Origin: a virus
Taxonomy: Duplodnaviria; Caudoviricetes
Length of the DNA stretch: 40,656 bases
IMG/VR virus record: IMGVR_UViG_3300010361_000021
Span: 1-40,656 of that record
Reading direction: 5' to 3' (one strand)
The notes beneath the pieces are model-generated. The model was not told the origin of the DNA. It did no database searches and saw only the letters and a program-made list of their open reading frames with translations. The position numbers and the translations under genes were made by a program. Below, piece after piece: positions 1-8,800 of the stretch (positions are counted from its first letter, which is position 1; the number at the start of each line of letters is the position of its first letter).

Positions 1-588
1 GATCCTGAGCCAGATGTGGCCGCAGTCGCCGTACGCCTGGAACGGCAGGTCCAGGGGGCCGCGCCACCAGCCCGGCCAGCCGCTCGGCCACGGGCCGACC
101 TGGCAGCGGCGGATCTGTGAGACGTCGAGGATGTACGGCAGCAGCGCGGTGACGTCGAACTCGTAGTAGTAGCCCGGCGGCAATTGGACGCGGTCCTCGA
201 AGAAGCAGCGTCGCAGCCCGGCCTGGATGGCCGGCAGCAATTCCTGGTCCGGGTTCAGGTGATGCACCTCGAACTGCTCGAACGGGTACGGCGAGGTCTG
301 CCACGGACGATCCGGCGACAGGCGGCCGCTGGCGGTGTCCACGCTGTACACGCTGCGGATGCGGTCGTAGGCCGGGATGGGCGCCGGCGTGGGCGTGCCG
401 TCGCCGAGGACGCCGCGCCGCAGCAGGTACAGGTTGGTGACTAGGTCCTGGTCGATGCTCGATTGCAGGCTGGGGATGATGGCGAAACTGGGCGTGCCGC
501 TGGTCGGCGTCTGTGGATCGGCGGTCAGGATGGAAAACGGGCCGACGCGGGGAGCGACGGCCTGCTCGATGTCGGTGATGCTCGGCAC
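1..588 (-). CDS. Virion protein, possibly head-tail adaptor (partial, runs off the window)
   Basis: Not in the ORF track. Hand translation from GTG at 588 gives MPSITDIEQAVAPRVGPFSILTADPQ...HIWLRI, open for 196 codons with GC-rich codons, directly after the capsid/decoration genes. Function inferred from position only. Confidence 0.6.
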   Translation of the reverse strand, partial: MPSITDIEQAVAPRVGPFSILTADPQTPTSGTPSFAIIPSLQSSIDQDLVTNLYLLRRGVLGDGTPTPAPIPAYDRIRSVYSVDTASGRLSPDRPWQTSPYPFEQFEVHHLNPDQELLPAIQAGLRRCFFEDRVQLPPGYYYEFDVTALLPYILDVSQIRRCQVGPWPSGWPGWWRGPLDLPFQAYGDCGHIWLRI

Positions 589-598
589 CAGACCAGCC

Positions 599-1072
599 TC
601 AGGGCGCCGCCGCGGCGAGGGTGGTGAAGGTCGCGTCCGGACTGGCGGTGCTGTTGCTGACCACGGCGTAGTGGTACACCGTCTCAGGCTCCAGTCCGCT
701 GAGCGCGACCGTGTGCGCGGTGACCTCGGTCGGGTCCAGCGTGGTGCTGCTGCCGTAGTTGGCGTCCAGGCCGTAGCTCACCTGGCTGTCGGTCGCGTAA
801 CTGGTGGTCCAGGTGACCTCGGCCGAGTCGGAGCCCGGCGTGGCGGTCACGCTGCTGATCACAACGGGCAGGACGACCTCCTCGTAGCTGGACAGGCGGC
901 CCGTGCTGCGCCAGTAGGCCAGCGTTTCGGCTGGGAAGGTGTCGGCGTCGATGATGCACCCGGCGCCGTAGACGATCCACGGCTTGTCGGGATCGACGGC
1001 TTCGGCGAGCAGCATCGCGGGCATCGCCACGCCCGCGTGCCTGGCCTGATCGAAGAGGTCCTGGGTCGTCAT
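599..1072 (-). CDS. FN3/Ig-like domain virion protein
   Basis: C-terminal half VISSVTATP...VTWTT...SQVSYG...HTVALSGLEPETVYHYAV...DATFTT is a typical FN3 / purple-acid-phosphatase-N-like pattern. Confidence 0.75.
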   Translation of the reverse strand: MTTQDLFDQARHAGVAMPAMLLAEAVDPDKPWIVYGAGCIIDADTFPAETLAYWRSTGRLSSYEEVVLPVVISSVTATPGSDSAEVTWTTSYATDSQVSYGLDANYGSSTTLDPTEVTAHTVALSGLEPETVYHYAVVSNSTASPDATFTTLAAAAP

Positions 1073-1245
1073 GACGGTTTGCCTTTCTGCCGGTGCGTGG
1101 CGGGCAGGTTCTTTTCGTGGACACCCTTGAGCTTTTTCCGCGCTTCGGTTGGAGAAAAGCCGGGGATCTGGCCCGCGGCTGCCGCGCCGAACAGCCGCGC
1201 CTGGGCCCTGGAAACGGGAGGCGTGTACTTCTTGCCGCCGGGCAC
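1069..1245 (-). CDS. Small basic hypothetical protein (58 aa)
   Basis: GTG start just after the upstream stop; PVSRAQARLFGAAAAG; ATGA overlap with the next gene. Confidence 0.6.
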   Translation of the reverse strand: MPGGKKYTPPVSRAQARLFGAAAAGQIPGFSPTEARKKLKGVHEKNLPATHRQKGKPS

Positions 1246-1249
1246 GGGC

Positions 1250-1600
1250 TCAGCTCCGCAACAGGCTGTGCACGCGCGTGCGCGGGATGCCGAGCTGCTC
1301 GGCCACGGCACGCTCGCTCTGGCCACTGTCGAAACGTCGCCGCACCTCGGCGCGGAGCTCCACGGGCGTCTCGCTCTCCGGCTCCTCGTCGCCTGGCTCC
1401 GGTTCGGGCGGGATCGGCTCCGGGTCCGGTGGCATGGGCGGAGGAGGAGGTGGGGCTGGTCGCGGCGCGTCGGTGAGCGTGGCGACGCCGGCGATCAGCC
1501 AGCGCTCGGCCTTGTCGTCCTCGACGTAGTACGTCTCGCCCGGCTCGACGCGGCCCACGCTGGCGTCGTACATGACGCGGCTGGCCTGCACGTACTTCAT
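1250..1600 (-). CDS. Hypothetical protein with Pro-rich linker and C-terminal HTH-like segment
   Basis: Likely start MKYVQASR at 1600; C-terminus RRFDSGQSERAVAEQLGIPRTRVHSLL resembles an HTH. Confidence 0.6.
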   Translation of the reverse strand: MKYVQASRVMYDASVGRVEPGETYYVEDDKAERWLIAGVATLTDAPRPAPPPPPPMPPDPEPIPPEPEPGDEEPESETPVELRAEVRRRFDSGQSERAVAEQLGIPRTRVHSLLRS

Positions 1601-1607
1601 GGACGGC

Positions 1608-2063
1608 TCACACGAGCGCTGTCCAGGCGCCGGCGCTCTTGAAGTAGATGTGCGCCGAGGCGGCGCCATCTATCCGGAAGTAGTAGTCGCCGTTGTTGCC
1701 GATGCTGGCCGCCGGCACGCCTACCCCGTTGGCCAGGTTGGCGATGATGTACCCGGGGAAGGCGCCGCCGGCCGGGGCGGCCAGCGTGGTGAAGGTGGCG
1801 TCGGTGGTGGCGTCCAGGGCGGCGCCGTTCTGGTCATAGAACTGGAGGATGTAGTGGTAGGCCGTCGCGGCCGCCAGGTTGGCCCCATACAGCAGATGCT
1901 GGATGCCGATGACCGCGCTGCCGTAGGGGCTGGTGTAGGTGGTGTACGTGCCCGAGGCGGTGCCGATCATCAGCCGGGCGCGCACCGGCGTGTTGGTGGT
2001 ACAGGCGACGGACACACCGTTGATCTGCGGCGTGACCACCAGATTGGAGACCGTGGTCATCAC
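1608..2063 (-). CDS. FN3-domain putative capsid decoration protein
   Basis: Overlaps the capsid stop codon; FN3-like N-terminus plus C-terminal GVPAASIGNNGDYYFRIDG...IYFKSAGAW fibre-type module; paralog of 14094..14672. Confidence 0.7.
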   Translation of the reverse strand: MMTTVSNLVVTPQINGVSVACTTNTPVRARLMIGTASGTYTTYTSPYGSAVIGIQHLLYGANLAAATAYHYILQFYDQNGAALDATTDATFTTLAAPAGGAFPGYIIANLANGVGVPAASIGNNGDYYFRIDGAASAHIYFKSAGAWTALV

Positions 2064-3064
2064 TCACCACCCGTGGCCTTCTGCTGGACAACACCAAAAG
2101 CGCACCGCGTGCCGGCCGTCGGATTCTGACGATTGGCCGGGTTCGGCATGGCGAACGCGAAGCGCGCCGTCACGCGCAGGGCGACCATGTCTTGTTGCAT
2201 GAGATTATATTGAACCTGGGGCGGTGTCGAATTGTCGGTGATCACGCCCTGGTCGAACAGCTCCATGCTGATGTCTTCGCGGACGCCGAGGACGCCCATG
2301 GTCCAGTCGCCGCAGATCAGCGAGTAATTTGCTGACGTGCCCGTAGCGAAGCCAGACAGCCCGGCATTCGAGAAGTAGATCCGTTCGCCGTACAGCGTGC
2401 CGCCCGGTGCGCCGTTGCCGCTGGGTCGCTCGTCCGGCCAGTACAGCAATTCGTTGGTCGTCGACCGCAAGCCGCGCAGTTTGGCTTTGGCCTGGCGACG
2501 CGCCCAGAAGCCGTTGACGTCGTACCCGTCGGCCTCGACCGCGGCCATGGCGTTGTTGATGTCGTCGAGGTAGTCCTTGCCGGTGCCCGCCACGGTCGTG
2601 TTGCCCGCGGCAACAGCCTGCGACGCGAGTGGTGTCGGCCACGAGGCGGGCGCCGGCCCGAAGAAGACGGCCTGGTCGAGCGCCACCGCGATGGCCTCGA
2701 CGACCTTCGGTCGGATCTCCTCCCAGAAGTCGTAGTCCAGGTCCGCAATGAGGTGCTGCGACACGGGCACGATGGTTGCCAGCGTCTCGGCGTTCAGGTA
2801 GACGTTGTCCCAGAGCAGGGACGTGGTCTGCTTGAGGCCGATGTCGCGCCCATCGAGGTTGGCGGAACCGTTGACCCAGGCGGCCACGGGTAGTTGGGTC
2901 AGCACGGGAATACGTTGCTGGGCCCGACGCATGCGGGCTTTCGGGAGGAGGTTGAGCGCGGCCGATTCGACCTCCACGCTCTGGACGATCTGTCTCTGAA
3001 CTTCTTCGGGTATAAGGGGAGACCCGCCCGGTGTGGCCCGCGGCGTCCTCGAGTTGTAGGTCAT
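2060..3064 (-). CDS. Major capsid protein (HK97 fold)
   Basis: 334 aa; LIPEEVQRQIVQ, AAWVNG, LATIVPVS, ALDQAVFFG, GDWT, QQDMVALRVTARFAF match phage capsid family patterns; follows the scaffold gene. Confidence 0.92.
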   Translation of the reverse strand: MTYNSRTPRATPGGSPLIPEEVQRQIVQSVEVESAALNLLPKARMRRAQQRIPVLTQLPVAAWVNGSANLDGRDIGLKQTTSLLWDNVYLNAETLATIVPVSQHLIADLDYDFWEEIRPKVVEAIAVALDQAVFFGPAPASWPTPLASQAVAAGNTTVAGTGKDYLDDINNAMAAVEADGYDVNGFWARRQAKAKLRGLRSTTNELLYWPDERPSGNGAPGGTLYGERIYFSNAGLSGFATGTSANYSLICGDWTMGVLGVREDISMELFDQGVITDNSTPPQVQYNLMQQDMVALRVTARFAFAMPNPANRQNPTAGTRCAFGVVQQKATGGE

Positions 3065-3111
3065 GCGTACTCCGCACCCTGGGCGCGGCTAGCTTGTTGC
3101 TCGAAAGAACG

Positions 3112-3906
3112 CTAGCCGCGCTGGAAGAAGGCGCCTCGCAAACGGTTGCTGACGTTGTCCTCGTCGCTGCTCGACGGCGTGGTGCCCCCGTCGCCGGGGT
3201 ACAGCTCGGCCTCATCGAAGCCGCCACGAAACTCGGACAGCACCGACTTGCGAAACGCGGGGTCTTTTCTCAATTTCGTCTGGGCCTCGCGATAGCCGCG
3301 TTCGTACTCCAGACGGCCGTACGTTTTGAGCGCCTCGTCCACGATCACCTTCCGACCTGGCAGGCCCTGGCCGGCGTTGGGCAGGGCGAGAATGCGCTCG
3401 CGTTCTTTCTGGGGTAAGACGTTGACGATCGGATCGACGCTCACCGCGTCGTGCTGGCGCCCGACCTGACCGAGCAGCCCCATCAGTTGCAGCGTCTGCT
3501 GCTGACGCAGCTCGGCGGTGTCTTCGCGCTCGCGCTCCTGTTGCGCGTAACTGAAGGGGTCCTCGTCGCGCAGACGCCGGCGTTCGGCCTCGGCGGCCTC
3601 GCGGTTACGTCGGGCGGTCTCCCGATCGTGGAGAGACTGGGCCTGCCGACTGATGCGCTGCTGCAACTCCTCCTCGGTCAGCGTGACCGTCTTTGGCGCG
3701 ATGCTGGCTGGCGCTTCTCCTGCATCCGTGGGCGGCAGGTCCTCGACAGTCTCGCGATGGCCACGCGTTTGCAAGAAGCGTGACCACCAGTGCTGTCCGT
3801 CGGACGGCTCCGTCTCGGCAGATGGTGGTGGAGAAAGCTCGAGCTCACCGGCCGGGACGCTGGCTGGCTCAGGCGAAGGTGTCTGCTCATTCAGCGAATC
3901 GAGCAT
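3112..3906 (-). CDS. Putative capsid scaffolding protein
   Basis: Acidic Pro-rich N-terminus, charged coiled-coil centre, short C-terminal helix (VSNRLRGAFF); immediately upstream of the capsid gene; no prohead protease seen. Confidence 0.7.
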   Translation of the reverse strand: MLDSLNEQTPSPEPASVPAGELELSPPPSAETEPSDGQHWWSRFLQTRGHRETVEDLPPTDAGEAPASIAPKTVTLTEEELQQRISRQAQSLHDRETARRNREAAEAERRRLRDEDPFSYAQQEREREDTAELRQQQTLQLMGLLGQVGRQHDAVSVDPIVNVLPQKERERILALPNAGQGLPGRKVIVDEALKTYGRLEYERGYREAQTKLRKDPAFRKSVLSEFRGGFDEAELYPGDGGTTPSSSDEDNVSNRLRGAFFQRG

Positions 3907-3925
3907 GGCCTCTTGGCGCGGGAGT

Positions 3926-5854
3926 CTACGACATCCCGTAGCCGGGCATCTGGCTCAAGTCGAGACCGGGGATGGTGTAGCTGGTCTGCGGGCCGGAGGG
4001 GTAGGGCGTCGGCACGTACGGGGCCGTCAGGGCGTTCAGTTGATCAGTCGTCATCAGGTTGACGCCGGGCGCGCCCTGCATGGTTGTCGATGGCGTGTTC
4101 GAGATCGTCGTGGGCGCACCACCTGGTGGCATCCCACCCTGAGACGGTGCGCCACCTGGGGTGGCTCCGCCGAAGCCGTACTGGCTCTGGTTCAGCATCT
4201 GGTTGATGTTGAACGGCTGACCGCCAGCGGCCGGCTGGCCAATGGGTCCGCCGCCACCTTGCTGGACGATGGCCTGCGCCGTCGGGCTGATGTGGGCCAG
4301 CGCCGCGGCGGCGCCCTGGCGACCGATCTCCTGCAGGCTCGGGCCGCTGAAGGTCATCGCCTGGATCGCCGCGGCCGGGTTGTACGCCTTGCCGCCGAGC
4401 GCCTGCTGCATCAGGCCCGCCGCGTTCGGGTTGGCCATGTACGGCATCGCGCGGAGAAAATTTTGCTGGGCGTTGTTGGCCGCCGTCTCGGCGAGCGTGG
4501 CCGGCAACTGGGCGGCCTGGGCCTGGTAGTAGTTGGTGGAGGCCTGGGTCTGGGCCAGTTTGGCCTGCGCGTCGGCTTGTGCCTGGGCGATGTCCTGCTT
4601 CTGCGGCTCGATGTTGTCGTTCCACCACTGGTCGAACTGACTCGCCGCAGCGTCCGGGCTGAGCTTGCCCGATGACACCTGCTGGTTCAGCGTGTTGTGC
4701 TGGTCCAGGGCCTGCTGATTCAGTTGCTGGATCATCTGCCCCGGCGTGGTCGGCGCGAAGTTCGGGTTCTGGGCCGTGACCAGCTTTTGCTGGGTGGGGT
4801 CCCAGTAGGTGTACATCCGACCCGTGCCCGTGGCCTCCATGACCGGCTCGCCGAGCTTCTGCTGGGCGGTCTGGGTCTGCACGTTGGTCAGGGCGGTCTC
4901 CGCCTGCGTCTTGGCCTGGGTCAGCGGTGCCAGCGCCGCGTTCTGCTGCATGACCTGCAGTGCGCTCTGCGTCTGCGCCTGCGTCAGGCCCGTCTTGGCT
5001 GCCAGATCCGCCGCGTTCAGCGGCTGCATCGCCGCGTTGTTCTGCGTGGTCTGGATGACCTGTGCGGCCTGGGCGTTGGTCAGCCCGGTCTTGGCCGCCA
5101 GATCGTTGGACTGCAGCAGCTGGTTCTGCTGGGCGTACTGGTTGTCGAAGTTCAGTTTGTCGGTCTGGGCCTTCGTGTACGCGACGTCGGCCGCGGCTTT
5201 CTGCTGGGTGGTGCTGTTCGGGTCGGCGTCAGCGTTCAGCTTGTCGGTCTGGGCTTTCGTGTACGCGGTATCGATCTGCGTCTTGGCATTGGTCAGTTGC
5301 TGCTGGGCCGACGTGGCGTCAGACTGCACGTACGCGCCGCGACCATCGTCCGGGGTCGGGTTCTTGACGTAGATCTGGCCACTCGGACCGAACAGGATGC
5401 CGCTGGCCGCGGCGACGTCACTCGCGGTTTGCCCCGCGGCGGGTGCCCTGGCCTTGACGAGGTTGGACAGTTGCTGTCCGTCGTCGGTCACATCGACGGT
5501 GGAGCCGTCCGCAAAGGTGTACGTGTTCCAGGCGCTGCCGTTCGCCGAAGTGGGCTTGCCGTTCTTGTCGAGCGTGGCGGTCGAGCCGATCGGCGTGCCG
5601 AGACCAAGGCTCGCCAGTTTCGCATCGCGCGCGCTCGTGCTCGCGCCACCGGTGGTGGCCGGCACAGTCGGGGTGGCTTGCGGTCCCGGCAACGCGCCGG
5701 TGGCCGTGTTCGGGCGCGACGCCGGCAGGGGCGTGGCTGTCGGCGAGCCTGCGACAGGCGTGCCGTCGGCATTGATGGCGTTGCCCTGGGCATCGACCCA
5801 GGTCAGGGTGCCGTCGGGCAGCGTGCCGACCGAGGCACCGGCTGGCAAGGGCAT
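3926..5854 (-). CDS. Putative internal virion/ejection protein (642 aa)
   Basis: Q/A/T-rich helical repeats (AYTKAQTDKLN x2, DLAAKTGLT x2), resembling DNA-pilot or ejection proteins; function inferred. Confidence 0.6.
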   Translation of the reverse strand: MPLPAGASVGTLPDGTLTWVDAQGNAINADGTPVAGSPTATPLPASRPNTATGALPGPQATPTVPATTGGASTSARDAKLASLGLGTPIGSTATLDKNGKPTSANGSAWNTYTFADGSTVDVTDDGQQLSNLVKARAPAAGQTASDVAAASGILFGPSGQIYVKNPTPDDGRGAYVQSDATSAQQQLTNAKTQIDTAYTKAQTDKLNADADPNSTTQQKAAADVAYTKAQTDKLNFDNQYAQQNQLLQSNDLAAKTGLTNAQAAQVIQTTQNNAAMQPLNAADLAAKTGLTQAQTQSALQVMQQNAALAPLTQAKTQAETALTNVQTQTAQQKLGEPVMEATGTGRMYTYWDPTQQKLVTAQNPNFAPTTPGQMIQQLNQQALDQHNTLNQQVSSGKLSPDAAASQFDQWWNDNIEPQKQDIAQAQADAQAKLAQTQASTNYYQAQAAQLPATLAETAANNAQQNFLRAMPYMANPNAAGLMQQALGGKAYNPAAAIQAMTFSGPSLQEIGRQGAAAALAHISPTAQAIVQQGGGGPIGQPAAGGQPFNINQMLNQSQYGFGGATPGGAPSQGGMPPGGAPTTISNTPSTTMQGAPGVNLMTTDQLNALTAPYVPTPYPSGPQTSYTIPGLDLSQMPGYGMS

Positions 5855-5875
5855 GTCAGGTCATCCTCCTTCGGA

Positions 5876-8800
5876 TCAGCGGGTCCTGGCCGTCTTCGGC
5901 GCGGGCGGCGTACGTGGCGTGGTGCGTGTCGCGCTGGCACTCGAGGGCAGATGCGAGGCCGGCACACCACTGGCACCACCACCGCTGCTGCCGCCGGGCG
6001 CGGCGGGGTTGGTGTACGTCGGGTTCAGGCCGGCGAGCGCCATGGCGATTGTGCCCAGCAGATTCTCGCCGCCCTGCTGGGTGCCCTCGGCCACCTGCGA
6101 GACGCCGATCGGCGCGAACTGGGACAGCGCCGCGGCAACCGGCCCGGCTTTGGCCACGCCGTACGGCAACTTGCCCGTGTTGCTGCCGGCCGCGGCGGTC
6201 TGCAACAGATTCTCCACGGCGGAGATGGGCGCCGGCTGGCGCGCGGTGACGAAGTTGAGCAGGTTGGTACCGGTGCGGCTGGGGGTGGCCACGCTCTTGT
6301 TGATCAGGTTGATGTACGTCTGGTACTGCGGCGGGAACAGGCCGAAGTGCATGTACCCGCCGGCCGGGTCCTGCTGCTCGACCATGAACTGGTAGCCGGG
6401 CTGGTTCTGGTTGGTGAAGTGTCCCGTCAGCGCGTAGTTCGTCAACTCGGTGGCGATGGCCATGCCGCCCATCGTTTTCGCCAGGAAGGCGCGCGTCTCG
6501 CCGGCACCACCACCGCCCACCAGATTGCCGGCCTGACGGATCGGTGCCTCCAGCCAGTCAGGGGCCTGGATGGCCACGCGCAGGGCGTTCTGCACGTTGG
6601 GGTTGCGACCCATCTGGGCGTAATTCAGACCCCCGAAACGCTGGTTGATGATTCTGCCGGCGACCTGCGGGTCCATGCCGCCGTCGACCAGACCCTGCCA
6701 TGCCGTTGCCTTGGCCATCGGCATGGCGCGCTCCCACAGGGCTTGCGTCAACTTCGGGGTGAGGGTGGGTCCGGCGACGGCGGCCGCAGCACCGCCGGCG
6801 AGGGCTACGTTGCGCGCATCGTCATCCGACAGGCCGGCCTGCTTGGCGGCCAGGTAGCTCGCGGCGCCGCCGCCCACGCCACCGCTGACCGACTGCACCG
6901 CGCCGCGGATGAGCGGGTTCTTGAGCGTGAGACCTACGTCGGTGGCTTCCGCGCGCTTGGCGAGGTTGGTGACGCCGCCCTTGACGGCCGCGTTGACGAA
7001 GGTGTCGGCCATCTTGCCGCTGCGCATGCCCTCGTAGAACGAGGGGCTGGCGAAGGCGCGCAGCATGTTGCCCAGCGTTTCGGGACTGGAGAAGGCCGCG
7101 TTGAGCGCCGTGGTCAGGGTGTGCATCTGCGACAGGGTGAAGATGGTCTGCTTGGCCGTGCCCCAGGTTTTGCTGATGGCCTGGCCGATGGGGTTGGTGT
7201 GCAGAAAGCCGGTGTGGTCGACGATCGCGCGGAGCGGACCGGCCACGTCGGGATGCACGGCGTACTTCGAGAGCTGGCTCGCGGCATTTTCGCTGGCCAC
7301 CTTCCAGCCTGCCGGGATGGCGCGGTTGGTCATGGGCGTGATCAGCCCCTGGGCACGGAGATCGCCGATCAGGCGATTGGTGGCCTCGTTGTAGAACTGC
7401 GTGCGCAGCAACTGCTGACCGGGCCCATCCTCAGCACCCAGCGCGCCGCTGATCGGGTAGCGCTGCATGTCACGCTCGACCAGCAGGTCGATGCCGTGCG
7501 CATCGCCGACCAGGTTGGCAAAGGGTTGCAAGGCCTGCTGCACCTCGGGCTTCAGGTTGTCGCCAGGACTCAGCGCGGAGGCGATGTAGCGACCAAGGGT
7601 GTCGAACAGGTTGCTGCCCTGCAGCGTGGTCACCGCACCCTGTTGCAAGGGTGGCGCGCCGCTGGTGCCTGCCGCGCCACCTCCAGCACCGGGTGTTCTG
7701 CCTCCGCCACCACCGGTCCCGCCGAGGTCCTCGCCGGTGGCGCTGATGCGTCCGCGGGCGATGTCGTCGGCGATCTGCGCTGCCTGATTGGGGGTGAGCG
7801 TGTGCTCGGCGGCCGTTGTCGCCGCGGTCTCAGCGGCCGGCGTGCCCAGTCTGGCGATCTCCTCGCGCGCCGTGAGCGGCGCGTTCTCGACCTGCTGGCG
7901 CAGCGCTGCGAGACGTGAGATCAGGTCCTGCGCACTCGTGGCGGCTGGCGCAGCGGTCGTCGGTGCGGCGGTTGCGCGTGCTGCCGCTTCGTCCGCGAGC
8001 GCCTGGCCCAGTGCTGACGGCCCGGTCTCCTGGGCGGCCCACTGCTGCAGGCGCGAGGCCACCGTGGACGCCGGCGCGCCGGCGTCGGTCAGCTCTTGGG
8101 CCTGCGCGACCAGACGGTTCTGGGCTTCTTCGGGCAGGTCCTGTAGCGCGCTCAAGGCGCGCGCCATCAGGTCGGTGCCGCTGGCGCGTCCATACATCTG
8201 GAACATCGGTGCGCCCGTGGTACTCAGCACCTGGCCGGCCTCGTTGAGCACGCGCTCTGCCCCGCCAGGGGCCTGCTCGCCGATGCCGAGTAAACTGGGG
8301 ATACCGCCCAACGCGGCGTTCACCTCCATTTCACCTGGCTGGCGATAGCGCAGCGCGGCCTGGAGTACGGGATCGGTCAGCAGGTCGGCCAGGGCAGGGA
8401 GCTGTTCGACCGCGGATGGGGTGAGGCCGCCGGCGAGACTGCCCGCGAGTTGCGCGACGAGTTGGGCGGTCGGATCGCCGCCCAGGTTCTCCGCGACCTG
8501 GCGGGCCAGTTCGCCGCCGGCGCCGCTGGCCGCGCCGATGAGTGGACCCGTGGGGCCGAAGAAGGCGTTGATCGGATTCAGCAACTGGCTGGCCGCCGCC
8601 GACACCGGGCCTGGGGCGTTGGGCATGAGCGCCTGCACCAGCGCGTCAGCGTTGTACGGCCGGGTGATGTCGACGCCGCCGATCTTGACGGGGATGACGC
8701 TGTTGTCCTGCGGTACGGGACCGATGCTCAGCGGGCCGAGGTTGGCGGTGCCAGTGGTGGCCAGTTCGTTGCCGAGCGTGACGGCGTTGTCGGGCTGATA

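Noticed and set aside
4697-7918. 1073-aa plus-strand ORF and many other long R/G/V-rich antisense ORFs (377..1642, 9389..10693, 11559..12977, 26537..27484)
   Set aside because: Shadow frames of GC-rich minus-strand genes that have clear motifs and coupling; no motifs of their own.
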